Source of the DNA: Patescibacteria group bacterium
Lineage (GTDB): Bacteria > Patescibacteriota > Minisyncoccia > Phycocordibacterales > CSBR16-193
Reading direction: 5' to 3'
DNA: 42,562 bases
NCBI GenBank assembly: GCA_051747785.1
Contig: JBNJGN010000002.1
Span: forward strand, 1 to 42,562
Part shown: positions 25,301 to 32,890 of the stretch, piece after piece
Layout: each line of letters begins with the position of its first letter
Numbering within the stretch: position 1 is the stretch's first letter
Position numbers and translations under genes: made by a program
Notes under the pieces: generated by a model
Seen by the model: the letters and a program-made list of their open reading frames with translations, nothing else
The model's database searches: none
What the model was told of the DNA's origin: nothing

Positions 25301-26764
25301 CCTTACGGATCTTATCCGCAACAGCAGCCCTTTGGACAACAACGTAACACCAGGCCTCCACAGGGCTCAGGTTATTCAGTACAGTCTGCTTCCGGGTGGG
25401 GATCGGGGTCATCTTACGGAAATCCCGGTAATGATGTTGGTGCGCCTGATTATTCCGGAACTTCGCAGTTACCGGTTGATCGTAAATCGAAAAGTAATCA
25501 GTTTGAGGAAGATCATAAAGAAACTTCAAGAAAATACGTTGGAGAAGATAAATTAAATCCTTTGCTTAAAGAGTACGTAATAGAGAGTTTTGAAAAAGGT
25601 TTTCGTAAGTCATTAATAAAGGAGGCTATCAGAGATTCCGGTTGGCCTGAGAGCGAAGTTGAGAGAGTTTTTGGTGATAGAAAGGTCAGAGAAAGGATCG
25701 CGGAAATAGTGAGTCGCAGAAATGAAGAAGAGAGAAGCAGTAAACCTAAGAAAAAGACCCGCCCCTCATCAGAGGCCGAACCCGCAGAGAAAGAGGATAC
25801 ATCTCAGCCAAAGAAAGAAGAGCGATCTACTAATCCAGATGAGAAGACTGGTGGTGAATCCGAAGAAAAGACCCGCCCTTCATCAGAGGACACCTCTTTT
25901 GCTGAGAAGGAAGAGACGACTGAGAAGGTAAAAGAAAAGGGGCAATATCCCGATAAACCGGAAGCCCCCCTAGAGTCTAAAGAGGAAAAGAAAGCCATCC
26001 ATAACACAGTCCCCAATCAAGAAAACAAGAAAAAGATCCGCCCCTCATCAGAGGCCGAACCCGCAGAGAAAGAGGATACATCTCAGCCAAAGAAAGAGGA
26101 GGAATCTACTAATCCAGATGAGAAGACTGCTGGTGAATCTGAAGATAAAACTACTTCCTCTTTAGAAAATTCCTCTTTAGCCAAAGGGGGCGTGGCGACT
26201 GAAGAGAAGGGAGAAGAAGATACTGATAATCTTGAGGCCAAAAAAGTTTCTCAGTTCAAAGAGAAAGAAGGGGATTCTTCTTTGGAAAAAGATAAATCAT
26301 CAAGAAATAGAGGAGAGATACCATCGGTCAATGAATTATCTCAAGATGAATCTGCTAAAAAGCTCCAGGAAAAAGAGGGTAGTAAGAACGGAGTGGAGCA
26401 AGGGCCGGAAAAAGCCCCTTCTCCCGAAGGGGGAGAGAAAAAACTTACATATGGATCGGAGAAAGAAGAAAAAGCTTCTCCTACTCCTAAAGAGCCCCCT
26501 TCTCCCGGAGAAGAGCCTGCACCCGCACCTTCTCCTGAAGAGAGCCGGAGCTCTTCTGTTAACGAAGATTTAACCGCTAAAGAAGGTGATAAACTTGATA
26601 GCGATGAACCATCTTCTGCTGGTAGGCGGGTTAAAAGAGATATCTCAAACCCTGCTTCTTTCTTTGTAGAAAATTCAAGTGCTTGGTCTGAAATACAAGG
26701 ACAAGAAGATGGAAATAAAGAGAATAAAGGAGGAAAATCTCAAAACACATCTGAGAGTAATTAA
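22316..26764 (+). CDS. Giant (1,482 aa) acidic, low-complexity repeat protein with three copies of the ~40-aa module, KTRPSSE-type repeats and a P/Q/M/G/Y-rich tract
   Basis: An uninterrupted 4.4-kb frame in AT-rich DNA. Modules at 22322-22438, 22625-22741 and 25553-25678. No signal peptide or TM. E/K/S/P-dominated elsewhere. Confidence 0.8.
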   Translation: MVPEELKKYVIKALRRGFTKYAIRAAVSNSGWSKEQVDEVFADDDVRELTSLREDIPEPEKEDDEVEIEEAPKKESEEPRGDSSSERENSSKEAQSNESKREVDEELRKYLVSHLKEGFSGSVIKDVAIESGWPEEDLDEAFEDPEIKSLLSDSENGEEEAAENEEMPEEGKSGSEDSEGRLEGKSKDEDKNEEPNSDNQEQKKEVGKEDKKVNKRGVAVDDHKGNGMKMIYAKDAEKEKDENLVGNEKKKESNEDEQGGQKYTKSIPTSEDALDISDKEGKDDVEKKEKKISEQEQKENATSEKTRPSSEDTSFAEKEETTEKVKEKDQETDKPEAPLESKEVESKEEPKKKTRPSSEAEPVEKEGTSQPKKEERSTNPDEKTGGESEEKTHPSSEAEPAEKEGTSQPKREEGSTDPDEKTGGESADEDGPSLEEALSLVEKKRGGESKNRDDNNSNKPEYPDKPEAPLESKEVESEEETKKKTRPSSEAESAEKEGTSQPKREEGSTNPDEKTGGESEEKTRPSSEDTSFAEKEETTEKVKEKGQYPDKPEAPLESKEVESEEETKKKTRPSSEAEPAEKEGTSQPKREEGSTNPDEKTGGESEEKTRPSSEAGSVEKEGSVQQKGEEHFDESSRKKEGSKEELDLEGSTGAGQINNAEELEEKEVEKESMSGDGEEKEEREEEFKKKRINSNEELKTTINGAKEEEEEGKSTKRVDAKSEDESGIFIAEEKEGLREKDRDNMEKAPVFEEVVERSPQQKTSKEVFAKRDNMTKMGTYNKQQSDQSARGPRSQDKSRFSGQERPSSEGGLSSSGDSYLSKEELDNIVSVQKGEDFNIKEYRNDHRNRQNSSVEEQARGYPYGPYPQQPMPMGQPMQQPYGPYPQQQMPMGQPMQQPYGPYPQQPMPMGQPMQQPYGPYPQQQMPMGQPMQQPHGPYPQQPMPMGQPMQQPYGPYPQQQMPMGQPMQQPYGPYPQQPMGGQPMQQPMGGQPMQQPYGSYPQQQPFGQQRNTRPPQGSGYSVQSASGWGSGSSYGNPGNDVGAPDYSGTSQLPVDRKSKSNQFEEDHKETSRKYVGEDKLNPLLKEYVIESFEKGFRKSLIKEAIRDSGWPESEVERVFGDRKVRERIAEIVSRRNEEERSSKPKKKTRPSSEAEPAEKEDTSQPKKEERSTNPDEKTGGESEEKTRPSSEDTSFAEKEETTEKVKEKGQYPDKPEAPLESKEEKKAIHNTVPNQENKKKIRPSSEAEPAEKEDTSQPKKEEESTNPDEKTAGESEDKTTSSLENSSLAKGGVATEEKGEEDTDNLEAKKVSQFKEKEGDSSLEKDKSSRNRGEIPSVNELSQDESAKKLQEKEGSKNGVEQGPEKAPSPEGGEKKLTYGSEKEEKASPTPKEPPSPGEEPAPAPSPEESRSSSVNEDLTAKEGDKLDSDEPSSAGRRVKRDISNPASFFVENSSAWSEIQGQEDGNKENKGGKSQNTSESN
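23228..24250 (+). repeat. In-frame coding repeat cluster 1: 144-nt A units and 114-nt B units
   Basis: Each unit starts aagacccgccc (KTRPSSE). A units start at 23228 and 23879, with a partial copy from 23697. B units start at 23372, 23486, 23765, 24023 and 24137 (degenerate). Confidence 0.9.
24899..25327 (+). repeat. Tandem 54-nt (108-nt super-unit) coding array encoding PYGPYPQQ(P/Q)MPMGQPMQQ
   Basis: Units start at 24899, 24953, 25007, 25061, 25115 and 25169, followed by degenerate units to about 25327. Odd and even units form two alternating sequence classes. Confidence 0.9.
25754..26146 (+). repeat. In-frame coding repeat cluster 2 (B-A-B), downstream of module 3
   Basis: B at 25754, truncated A at 25868, B variant (aagatccgcccc) at 26033. 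The sequences are near-identical to cluster 1 units. Confidence 0.85.
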
Positions 26765-26774
26765 TATAAATATT

Positions 26775-27071
26775 ATGGAAAATATAAAAATAGAAGTTAA
26801 AGAGAAGATCGCTGATAAAGAAGGGGGAGTTTTCCATGTTACTGTTGCAGATGGTGAAAGTAAAAGTGAACACTCTGTTTCTCTTACCGCAGATACTCTT
26901 AAGAGATTAGGAAGCGATAGGGGTGCGAGTGAATTAGTCAGAGAAGCTTTTGAATTTTTTTTGCAAAAAGAAACTAAGGAATCTATCTTTAAGAGTTTTG
27001 ATATTTCCGAGATAGCGGACCATTTCCCTGAATTTGAAGATGTTATTACAAAAAGAATGAATAATAAATAA
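26775..27071 (+). CDS. Small conserved-looking hypothetical protein, 98 aa
   Basis: ATG at 26775 lies 10 nt after the giant gene's stop. The sequence is MENIKIEVKEK...HVTVADGESKSEHSVSL...ELVREAFEFFLQKETKESIFKSFDISEIADHFPEFED. The 26679 start in the ORF track overlaps the giant gene and is rejected. Confidence 0.55.
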   Translation: MENIKIEVKEKIADKEGGVFHVTVADGESKSEHSVSLTADTLKRLGSDRGASELVREAFEFFLQKETKESIFKSFDISEIADHFPEFEDVITKRMNNK

Positions 27072-27112
27072 AGGGTGGTAAGATTAACCTTTATATTTTT
27101 AACTTATAAGTT

Positions 27113-29863
27113 ATGAAGAATGAACAAGAGAGATCGTGGGAGTCTAATTCATATCATAAAGATGCAGAAGAGGTTGTAGAAAATTTTTCTACTGATCCTG
27201 ATGTAGGACTTACTTCTTCCGAAGTAGAGAAGCGTTTAAAAGGATACGGTCCGAATAAGCTACCGGCATCAAAACCGGATACTATATTCAAAATATTCAT
27301 AAGGCAGTTCAAGAGCCCTCTTATCTATCTTCTTTTGGTTGCTTCTGTGGTTCTTTTATTTTTGGGTGATACAGTTGACGCTGTTGTTATTCTTATTGTT
27401 TTACTGTTTAACTCTGTCCTAGGGTCTTTTCAGGAAGGGAAGGCACAAAATGCTTTGGAGGCATTGAAGAAGATAGCTACTTCCGAGGCTCTTGTTTTAC
27501 GTGACGGCGTAGAAAAAGTGATTGAAGACTCCATGCTTGTTCCGGGGGATATTATCACTCTCCATGATGGAGATAAAATACCGGCTGACGCTCGCATTTT
27601 ATCTGTTAACAATTTCAAGGTTTCTGAGTCTGTTCTTACCGGAGAGTCCAAACCTGTACCTAAAAAAGAAAAGACACTGGAAGAGAAGGAGCTTGCTCCT
27701 GCAGATCAGGTCAATATGGTTTTTAAGGGAACGTATGCTGTTTCCGGAAATGCCAAAGCGGTAGTTGTTGCTACGGGGCTTGATACTATGGTGGGAGCTA
27801 TATCGGCCAAGTTGGGCGCCATTAATACTGAAGTTCCCCTTAAGCATCGGATAGAAGATCTGTCTGGATTTATCATTAGAACCATTCTGTTGATAGCCAT
27901 CGGTGTTTTTTTGCTGGGGGTTCTGATGGGGGTAGACGTTTATTCAATGTTGCTTGTTGTTATCGCGATAGTTGTTTCTACTATCCCGGAAGGGTTACCA
28001 GTTGTCATTACGCTTGTTTTGGCTACCGGGGTATGGAGAATGAGTAAAAGAAATGCTCTAGTGAAGAGACTACAAGCAGTAGAGGCTCTTGGTCAGGCTA
28101 AGGTTATAGCTGTTGATAAAACCGGTACCATTACGAGAAATGAATTAATGGTGAAGGAGGTCTTAATTGACGGCAAGAATCTCAAGGTTACAGGTGTGGG
28201 TTACAAAAATGAAGGTGAAATAAAAGAAGAAAATGGGCAAGTATTAACTGCTAAAGACAGCTTAACTCTGGAGCGTTTAGCTGAAGTGGGAGCTTTTACT
28301 TCTGACGCCTGGGTTAGCTACAACGAAGAAGAGGACATTTGGCAGGTATCCGGCGATCCCACGGAGGCTGCTGTAAGAGTTTTTGCGGAGAAAGGGGGAG
28401 TTATTAAAGAGAACATGGAAGATCGTTATAAAAGAGTTTTTGAGATACCCTTTAGTTCCGATAATAGATTCCACGCTGTCATTAACAGGAAAGAAGATGA
28501 AGATGTGCTTTCGGTGACCGGTGCTCCGGAAGTTGTCTTATCAAAATCGGAAAGTATTTTTGAACAGGGTGAAACAAGATCTTTAAGCGAAGAGGAAAAG
28601 GAAGAGATAAAAAGCAAGGTTTACGATATGTCGGAGAGAGGTCTTAGGGTTATCGCTTTTGCTTTTTCGGAAAATGTTGGTGACAGGGTCAGGGAAGAAG
28701 ATATGCCACCATTAACCTTTTTGGGATTAGTAGCGATGTCAGATGTAAGAAGGGAGGGGGTAAAAGAAGCCGTAAAGCGTGTTCGTCAGGCCGGGGTTGA
28801 TCTGATAATGATAACCGGTGACCACAAGATCACTGCTCGTGCTATAGCAAAGCAGGTTGGAATATATAAAGAAGGCGACAGGATCATCTTGGGTTCCGAG
28901 CTTGATTACATGACACCTAAAGACCTTGCGAGTGCTCTTCCGAGTACTTCGGTTTTTGCCAGAGTGACACCGGAACATAAGCTGAAGATAATTGAAGGTT
29001 ACAGAAAACTGGGGCAAGTGGTAGCAATGACTGGTGATGGGGTTAATGATGCCCTGTCTCTGGCTTCTGCTGATTTGGGTGTTTCTATGGGTAAAACGGG
29101 TACCGAAGTTGCCAAAGAGGCTTCAGATATAATTCTTTTGGATGATAATTTTGGAACTATTATTTCGGCCATGGAGGAAGGTAGGGCAATATTTAACAGG
29201 ATAAAGAGAGTTGTTGTGTATCTCTTTTCTACAGGTTTAGGTGAGATATTTACTATTACCGCAGCTATCATTTTAGGACTCCCTCTTCCTCTTTTGGCTG
29301 CTCAGATAATTTGGTTAAACGTTCTAACTGATGGTATTTTGGTTGCTCCTCTTTCCATGGATCCGAAAGAGAAGAATATTCTGAAAAGAAAATTCAGAAA
29401 GCCTAAAAGATGGGTTATAGATAAATTTATGGCTTCTCGTGTTATTGTTATGGGTGCTACTATGGCAACTGTAACTCTTTTTCTTTTTTATCATTATCTA
29501 CCGGATCTCTCCAGCCTGGATAATCTGTCCGATCAAGGATTTGAAGATGTTATGAGAAAGCCATGGACTATATCCCTTACCATGCTTGCTGTTTTTCAGT
29601 GGTTTAATATTTGGAATGTAAGGACTACCACTTCTAGTATTTTTTCAAGAAAGCTTTTCTCCAATAAGTGGCTTCTACTGACAATGGCGGCTGCCGTACT
29701 TTCACAAATAGCGGTTGTTTATGTTCCTTTCTTGCAGGATATATTTAGAACAGCTTCTTTGAGTCTGTCCGAATGGGGTATCATCTTGAGTTTTGGTTTG
29801 ATCATTATATTGGTTGAGGAGGTAAGAAAACTGGTAGCCAGGATCCGTAAGAAAAGAACTTAA
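27113..29863 (+). CDS. P-type cation-transporting ATPase (P2-type, Ca2+/cation pump-like)
   Basis: TGES, IPEGLP (TM4), phosphorylation site DKTGTIT, MITGD and TGDGVNDA, with 10-TM topology. Confidence 0.9.
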   Translation: MKNEQERSWESNSYHKDAEEVVENFSTDPDVGLTSSEVEKRLKGYGPNKLPASKPDTIFKIFIRQFKSPLIYLLLVASVVLLFLGDTVDAVVILIVLLFNSVLGSFQEGKAQNALEALKKIATSEALVLRDGVEKVIEDSMLVPGDIITLHDGDKIPADARILSVNNFKVSESVLTGESKPVPKKEKTLEEKELAPADQVNMVFKGTYAVSGNAKAVVVATGLDTMVGAISAKLGAINTEVPLKHRIEDLSGFIIRTILLIAIGVFLLGVLMGVDVYSMLLVVIAIVVSTIPEGLPVVITLVLATGVWRMSKRNALVKRLQAVEALGQAKVIAVDKTGTITRNELMVKEVLIDGKNLKVTGVGYKNEGEIKEENGQVLTAKDSLTLERLAEVGAFTSDAWVSYNEEEDIWQVSGDPTEAAVRVFAEKGGVIKENMEDRYKRVFEIPFSSDNRFHAVINRKEDEDVLSVTGAPEVVLSKSESIFEQGETRSLSEEEKEEIKSKVYDMSERGLRVIAFAFSENVGDRVREEDMPPLTFLGLVAMSDVRREGVKEAVKRVRQAGVDLIMITGDHKITARAIAKQVGIYKEGDRIILGSELDYMTPKDLASALPSTSVFARVTPEHKLKIIEGYRKLGQVVAMTGDGVNDALSLASADLGVSMGKTGTEVAKEASDIILLDDNFGTIISAMEEGRAIFNRIKRVVVYLFSTGLGEIFTITAAIILGLPLPLLAAQIIWLNVLTDGILVAPLSMDPKEKNILKRKFRKPKRWVIDKFMASRVIVMGATMATVTLFLFYHYLPDLSSLDNLSDQGFEDVMRKPWTISLTMLAVFQWFNIWNVRTTTSSIFSRKLFSNKWLLLTMAAAVLSQIAVVYVPFLQDIFRTASLSLSEWGIILSFGLIIILVEEVRKLVARIRKKRT

Positions 29864-29932
29864 ATTTTCACAGGTGTGGATGTTCATTTTTGTGATCTGT
29901 TGTAGTATTAAGATAAGTATCATCAATTATTT

Positions 29933-30553
29933 ATGAATTTAATAATACTTTTTCAGATAACCGTAGCTCTTTTGACGTTGGTTTTAATGTTTCTTGTTTT
30001 TGATCTCCGGGTAGGTGGAAGAAGACGTTCTAACGGATCTTATCTACCTGCGGTTGTTGGAGCTCTTTTGCCTTTATATGGATTGGGTTATCTCTGGGTG
30101 CTCTTTTATTCTTTTAATTCGTTGACCGTATTTGATCAGATATCCTTTGTATTTATTTCGGTGGGATTCGTGATGGCGGTAAAGGCTCGTATGGATCTAA
30201 GGGGTAATTATGCTTGGCCTGGGCAGTTCATGGAAGAGATAAAAATTGTAAAATCGGGAATATATGCCTATATACGTCATCCCATATATACCGGAGTGGG
30301 GCTTTTTCTGATCGGTACGCTTTTTACGGTTGTGGTTCATTCAGATCTGATATTAGGAATGCCGTTAGCTGTTCTGTCTGCTTCCTTGCTCGCTCTTTTG
30401 GCTTCTGTGGCCCGTCATGAAGAGTCTTGCCTTGCCCGTGAACTGGGAGATGTTTATGTTGCTTATGTTTGTGAAGTCCACGCGGTTTTGCCTTTTTCTC
30501 AAATTAAAAAAGAAGAAAAAAAGAGAAATAACGAGAAAGATGAAGCTGACTAG
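29933..30553 (+). CDS. Isoprenylcysteine carboxyl methyltransferase (ICMT)/phospholipid methyltransferase-family membrane protein
   Basis: Multi-TM protein with the family signature VKSGIYAYIRHPIYTG...EE. Confidence 0.7.
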   Translation: MNLIILFQITVALLTLVLMFLVFDLRVGGRRRSNGSYLPAVVGALLPLYGLGYLWVLFYSFNSLTVFDQISFVFISVGFVMAVKARMDLRGNYAWPGQFMEEIKIVKSGIYAYIRHPIYTGVGLFLIGTLFTVVVHSDLILGMPLAVLSASLLALLASVARHEESCLARELGDVYVAYVCEVHAVLPFSQIKKEEKKRNNEKDEAD

Positions 30554-30608
30554 ATGGCTCATGAACTCTGATGGAGTTTGTTTTAATAGATAATAGTTCA
30601 AAAATATA

Positions 30609-31103
30609 ATGAGAAAAGGATTTGAAAGATTTCTTATCGCACTGCTTCGTCTTTCTGTGGGCTGGACCTTTCTCTGGGTTTTTTTGGATAAGTTATGGGG
30701 GTTTGGTTTTCCTACTCCTTCGGGGGAGGCGTGGATGGATGGGGTTTCTCCAACAAAATCGTTTCTTCTGAATGAAACGGGAGGTAGTCCTCTGGCAGAT
30801 GTTTTTTATGTTTTAGCCGAACAGCAGTGGACGGATTGGCTTTTTATGGTAGGGATGGCTTTTGTTGGCACTGCTTTAATTTTGGGTATAATGACCAGAT
30901 TGGCAGGAACATTAGGGGCACTGATGATGTTCTTTATTTTCTTGGCAGTAATGCCGCCTACTCAGAATCCTGCGATTACTTACCATTTTGTTTATATTTT
31001 AGTTTTATTACTTCTGGCGGTAGTGCCTAGTGGAGAGTGGTTTGGGTTGGGGAAAAAGTGGAACAGAACCTGGCTTACCAGGGGATTCCCTTTTTTGAAA
31101 TAG
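30609..31103 (+). CDS. DoxX-like small membrane protein
   Basis: 4-TM, 164 aa. N-terminal LLRLSVGWTFLWVFLDKL resembles the DoxX/DoxD family start. Confidence 0.5.
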   Translation: MRKGFERFLIALLRLSVGWTFLWVFLDKLWGFGFPTPSGEAWMDGVSPTKSFLLNETGGSPLADVFYVLAEQQWTDWLFMVGMAFVGTALILGIMTRLAGTLGALMMFFIFLAVMPPTQNPAITYHFVYILVLLLLAVVPSGEWFGLGKKWNRTWLTRGFPFLK

Positions 31104-31164
31104 AAAGGGTGATTATTAGCTGTGCTGTCTCCTGATAATTTTCTTTGTGCACTTAAGCTTTTTT

Positions 31165-31173
31165 TGCTAAAAT
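31165..31173 (+). promoter_or_regulatory. Extended -10 box TGCTAAAAT, 10 nt upstream of the frr ATG
   Basis: TGnTAnnAT match in the 80-nt intergenic region. Confidence 0.4.
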
Positions 31174-31183
31174 CTAAAGCGAT

Positions 31184-31738
31184 ATGACATATGACTTTTC
31201 TGAATTTAAAAAGAGAGTTGAAGAGACCAAAGCTTGGCTCGATAAGGAGTTTTCTGGCATAAGAACAGGCAGGGCAACGCCTTCAGTTCTTGATGGTGTT
31301 ACTGTTGATGCTTATGGGTCACGTATGCCGATAAACCAGGTTGCGACAGTAACCATTGAAGGTCCTAGAACTATTATGGTTACTCCTTGGGATTCTTCGT
31401 TGATGAAGAATGTTGAAAAGGCGATACATAACAGCGGTCTGGGGCTTTCGGTTAATGTTAGTGATACAAGCATTAGAGTCGGCTTTCCCGAATTGACCTC
31501 TGATAACAGGGAGTCTTTGATAAAGCTTCTTCGCCAAAAGGAAGAACAGGCCAAGGTTTCTGCTCGTACTGAGAGGGAGAAAGTCTGGGATGATATTCAA
31601 GAGAAGTTCAGATCAGGAGAGATAACGGAAGACGAAAAGTTTCGTCATAAGGAGGAGTTACAGAAGCATTTAGATGGTGCTGTTAAGGAGTTAGGGGAAA
31701 AGTCCGATCGTAAAGAGAAAGAAATAAGAGAGAATTAG
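31184..31738 (+). CDS. frr: Ribosome recycling factor
   Basis: Full-length match to the RRF pattern (KEFSGIRTGRATPSVLDGVTVDAYGSRMPINQVATV...). Confidence 0.95.
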   Translation: MTYDFSEFKKRVEETKAWLDKEFSGIRTGRATPSVLDGVTVDAYGSRMPINQVATVTIEGPRTIMVTPWDSSLMKNVEKAIHNSGLGLSVNVSDTSIRVGFPELTSDNRESLIKLLRQKEEQAKVSARTEREKVWDDIQEKFRSGEITEDEKFRHKEELQKHLDGAVKELGEKSDRKEKEIREN

Positions 31739-31749
31739 GAGTATCTATT

Positions 31750-32850
31750 ATGACAGTTTTGATATTTATAATCATACTCGTGTTGCTTATATTAGTTCAC
31801 GAGTTTGGGCATCTTTTGGCCGCAAAGTATTTTAATATAAGGGCGGACGAGTTCGGTATAGGTTTTCCACCGAGGTTGGCGACTTTGTTTTGGTGGGGGG
31901 AAACACGTTTTACCTTAAATGCTATTCCTTTTGGTGGTTTTGTGAAGATATTCGGAGAAGATCCTGATGAGGAGTCTATTGAAGGTCCGGATAGCGATAG
32001 GAGTTTTGTTAATAAGCATAAAGCTGTTCAGGTGATAGTTTTGGTTGCGGGAGTTTTCTTTAATGCTCTTTTGGCCTTGCTCCTTATTGTTATTGCCTTT
32101 GTGGCCGGCATACCTGCTTCGGAGGAAAGTTACGATGTAAAATATCTTGAAGATATAAAACCGACAGTAGTTGAGGTGGTAGAGGGCTCTCCGGCAGAAG
32201 AGGCGGGTCTTGAGTCAGGGGATGTTCTTAAGGAAGTGCGTGCTGGTGAAGATTTAAAAGAGATCCAAGGCGCCGAGGACCTTTCTGAGTTTGTTAAAGA
32301 TAGAGCCGATGAAGAAGTCACTATACTGTACAGTAGAGAGGGAGCAAAAGAGGAGGTTACCCTAAAGGCGAGCGAAGATGTTGTGGAAGGTGAGGGTGCA
32401 AAAGTAGGAGTAGGTATAACTTCAGTTGGCATAGTCTCTTTTCCTCCTCATATGGCTTTAGTTGAAGGAGTAAAGCATACCGTGGAGCTTACCGGTGTAA
32501 TAGCTGTGGAATTAGTCGGATTCTTGTGGAGTGCAATTACGGGAACCGCCGATTATTCCGAAGTTGCCGGACCGGTGGGAATAGTTACTTTGGTGGGAGA
32601 TGCTTGGATCGTTGGATTTGCCTTTTTACTCTATTTTGTTGCAGTTATATCTCTTCACTTGACCATTATCAATTTAATGCCCTTTCCGGCTTTGGACGGG
32701 GGAAGGGTGATTTTTGTGGCCATTGAAGCCTTGATAAGAAGGCCGATTAATCCTAAGGTTGCTAATATTGTAAACGGTATAGGGTTTATTATCTTAATTA
32801 TTTTAATGATAGCGGTGACCGTTAATGATATAAGTCGCCTTTTTAGCTGA
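31750..32850 (+). CDS. rseP: Site-2 (RIP) zinc metalloprotease, M50 family, with PDZ domain
   Basis: HEFGH near the N-terminus, a PDZ-like GSPAEEAGLESGDVL, and C-terminal NLMPFPALDGG. Confidence 0.9.
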   Translation: MTVLIFIIILVLLILVHEFGHLLAAKYFNIRADEFGIGFPPRLATLFWWGETRFTLNAIPFGGFVKIFGEDPDEESIEGPDSDRSFVNKHKAVQVIVLVAGVFFNALLALLLIVIAFVAGIPASEESYDVKYLEDIKPTVVEVVEGSPAEEAGLESGDVLKEVRAGEDLKEIQGAEDLSEFVKDRADEEVTILYSREGAKEEVTLKASEDVVEGEGAKVGVGITSVGIVSFPPHMALVEGVKHTVELTGVIAVELVGFLWSAITGTADYSEVAGPVGIVTLVGDAWIVGFAFLLYFVAVISLHLTIINLMPFPALDGGRVIFVAIEALIRRPINPKVANIVNGIGFIILIILMIAVTVNDISRLFS

Positions 32851-32890
32851 TTTATTAGACCTGAGAGGGGTTTTTGTGTAATATGTTCCT

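Noticed and set aside
24788-25556. Long ORFs in alternative frames over the P/Q repeat (184 aa on the - strand, 236 aa on the + strand).
   Set aside because: These are periodicity artefacts. The 54-nt repeat lacks stops in several frames, and the products are monotonous (LLRIGSVGLLHRLAHWH..., CNSPTDPIRNSRCQWANL...). They lie wholly inside the 4.4-kb frame.
23228-26146. The possibility that the regular direct repeats are a CRISPR array or a non-coding satellite.
   Set aside because: Unit lengths (114, 144 and 54 nt) are multiples of 3 and stay in one 4.4-kb reading frame. There is no short repeat/unique spacer alternation, and no cas genes are nearby.
26679-26774. A 5' extension of the 98-aa ORF that overlaps the end of the giant gene.
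   Set aside because: It reads a different frame of the giant gene's 3' end. The internal ATG at 26775, 10 nt past the giant's stop, gives a sensible non-overlapping gene.
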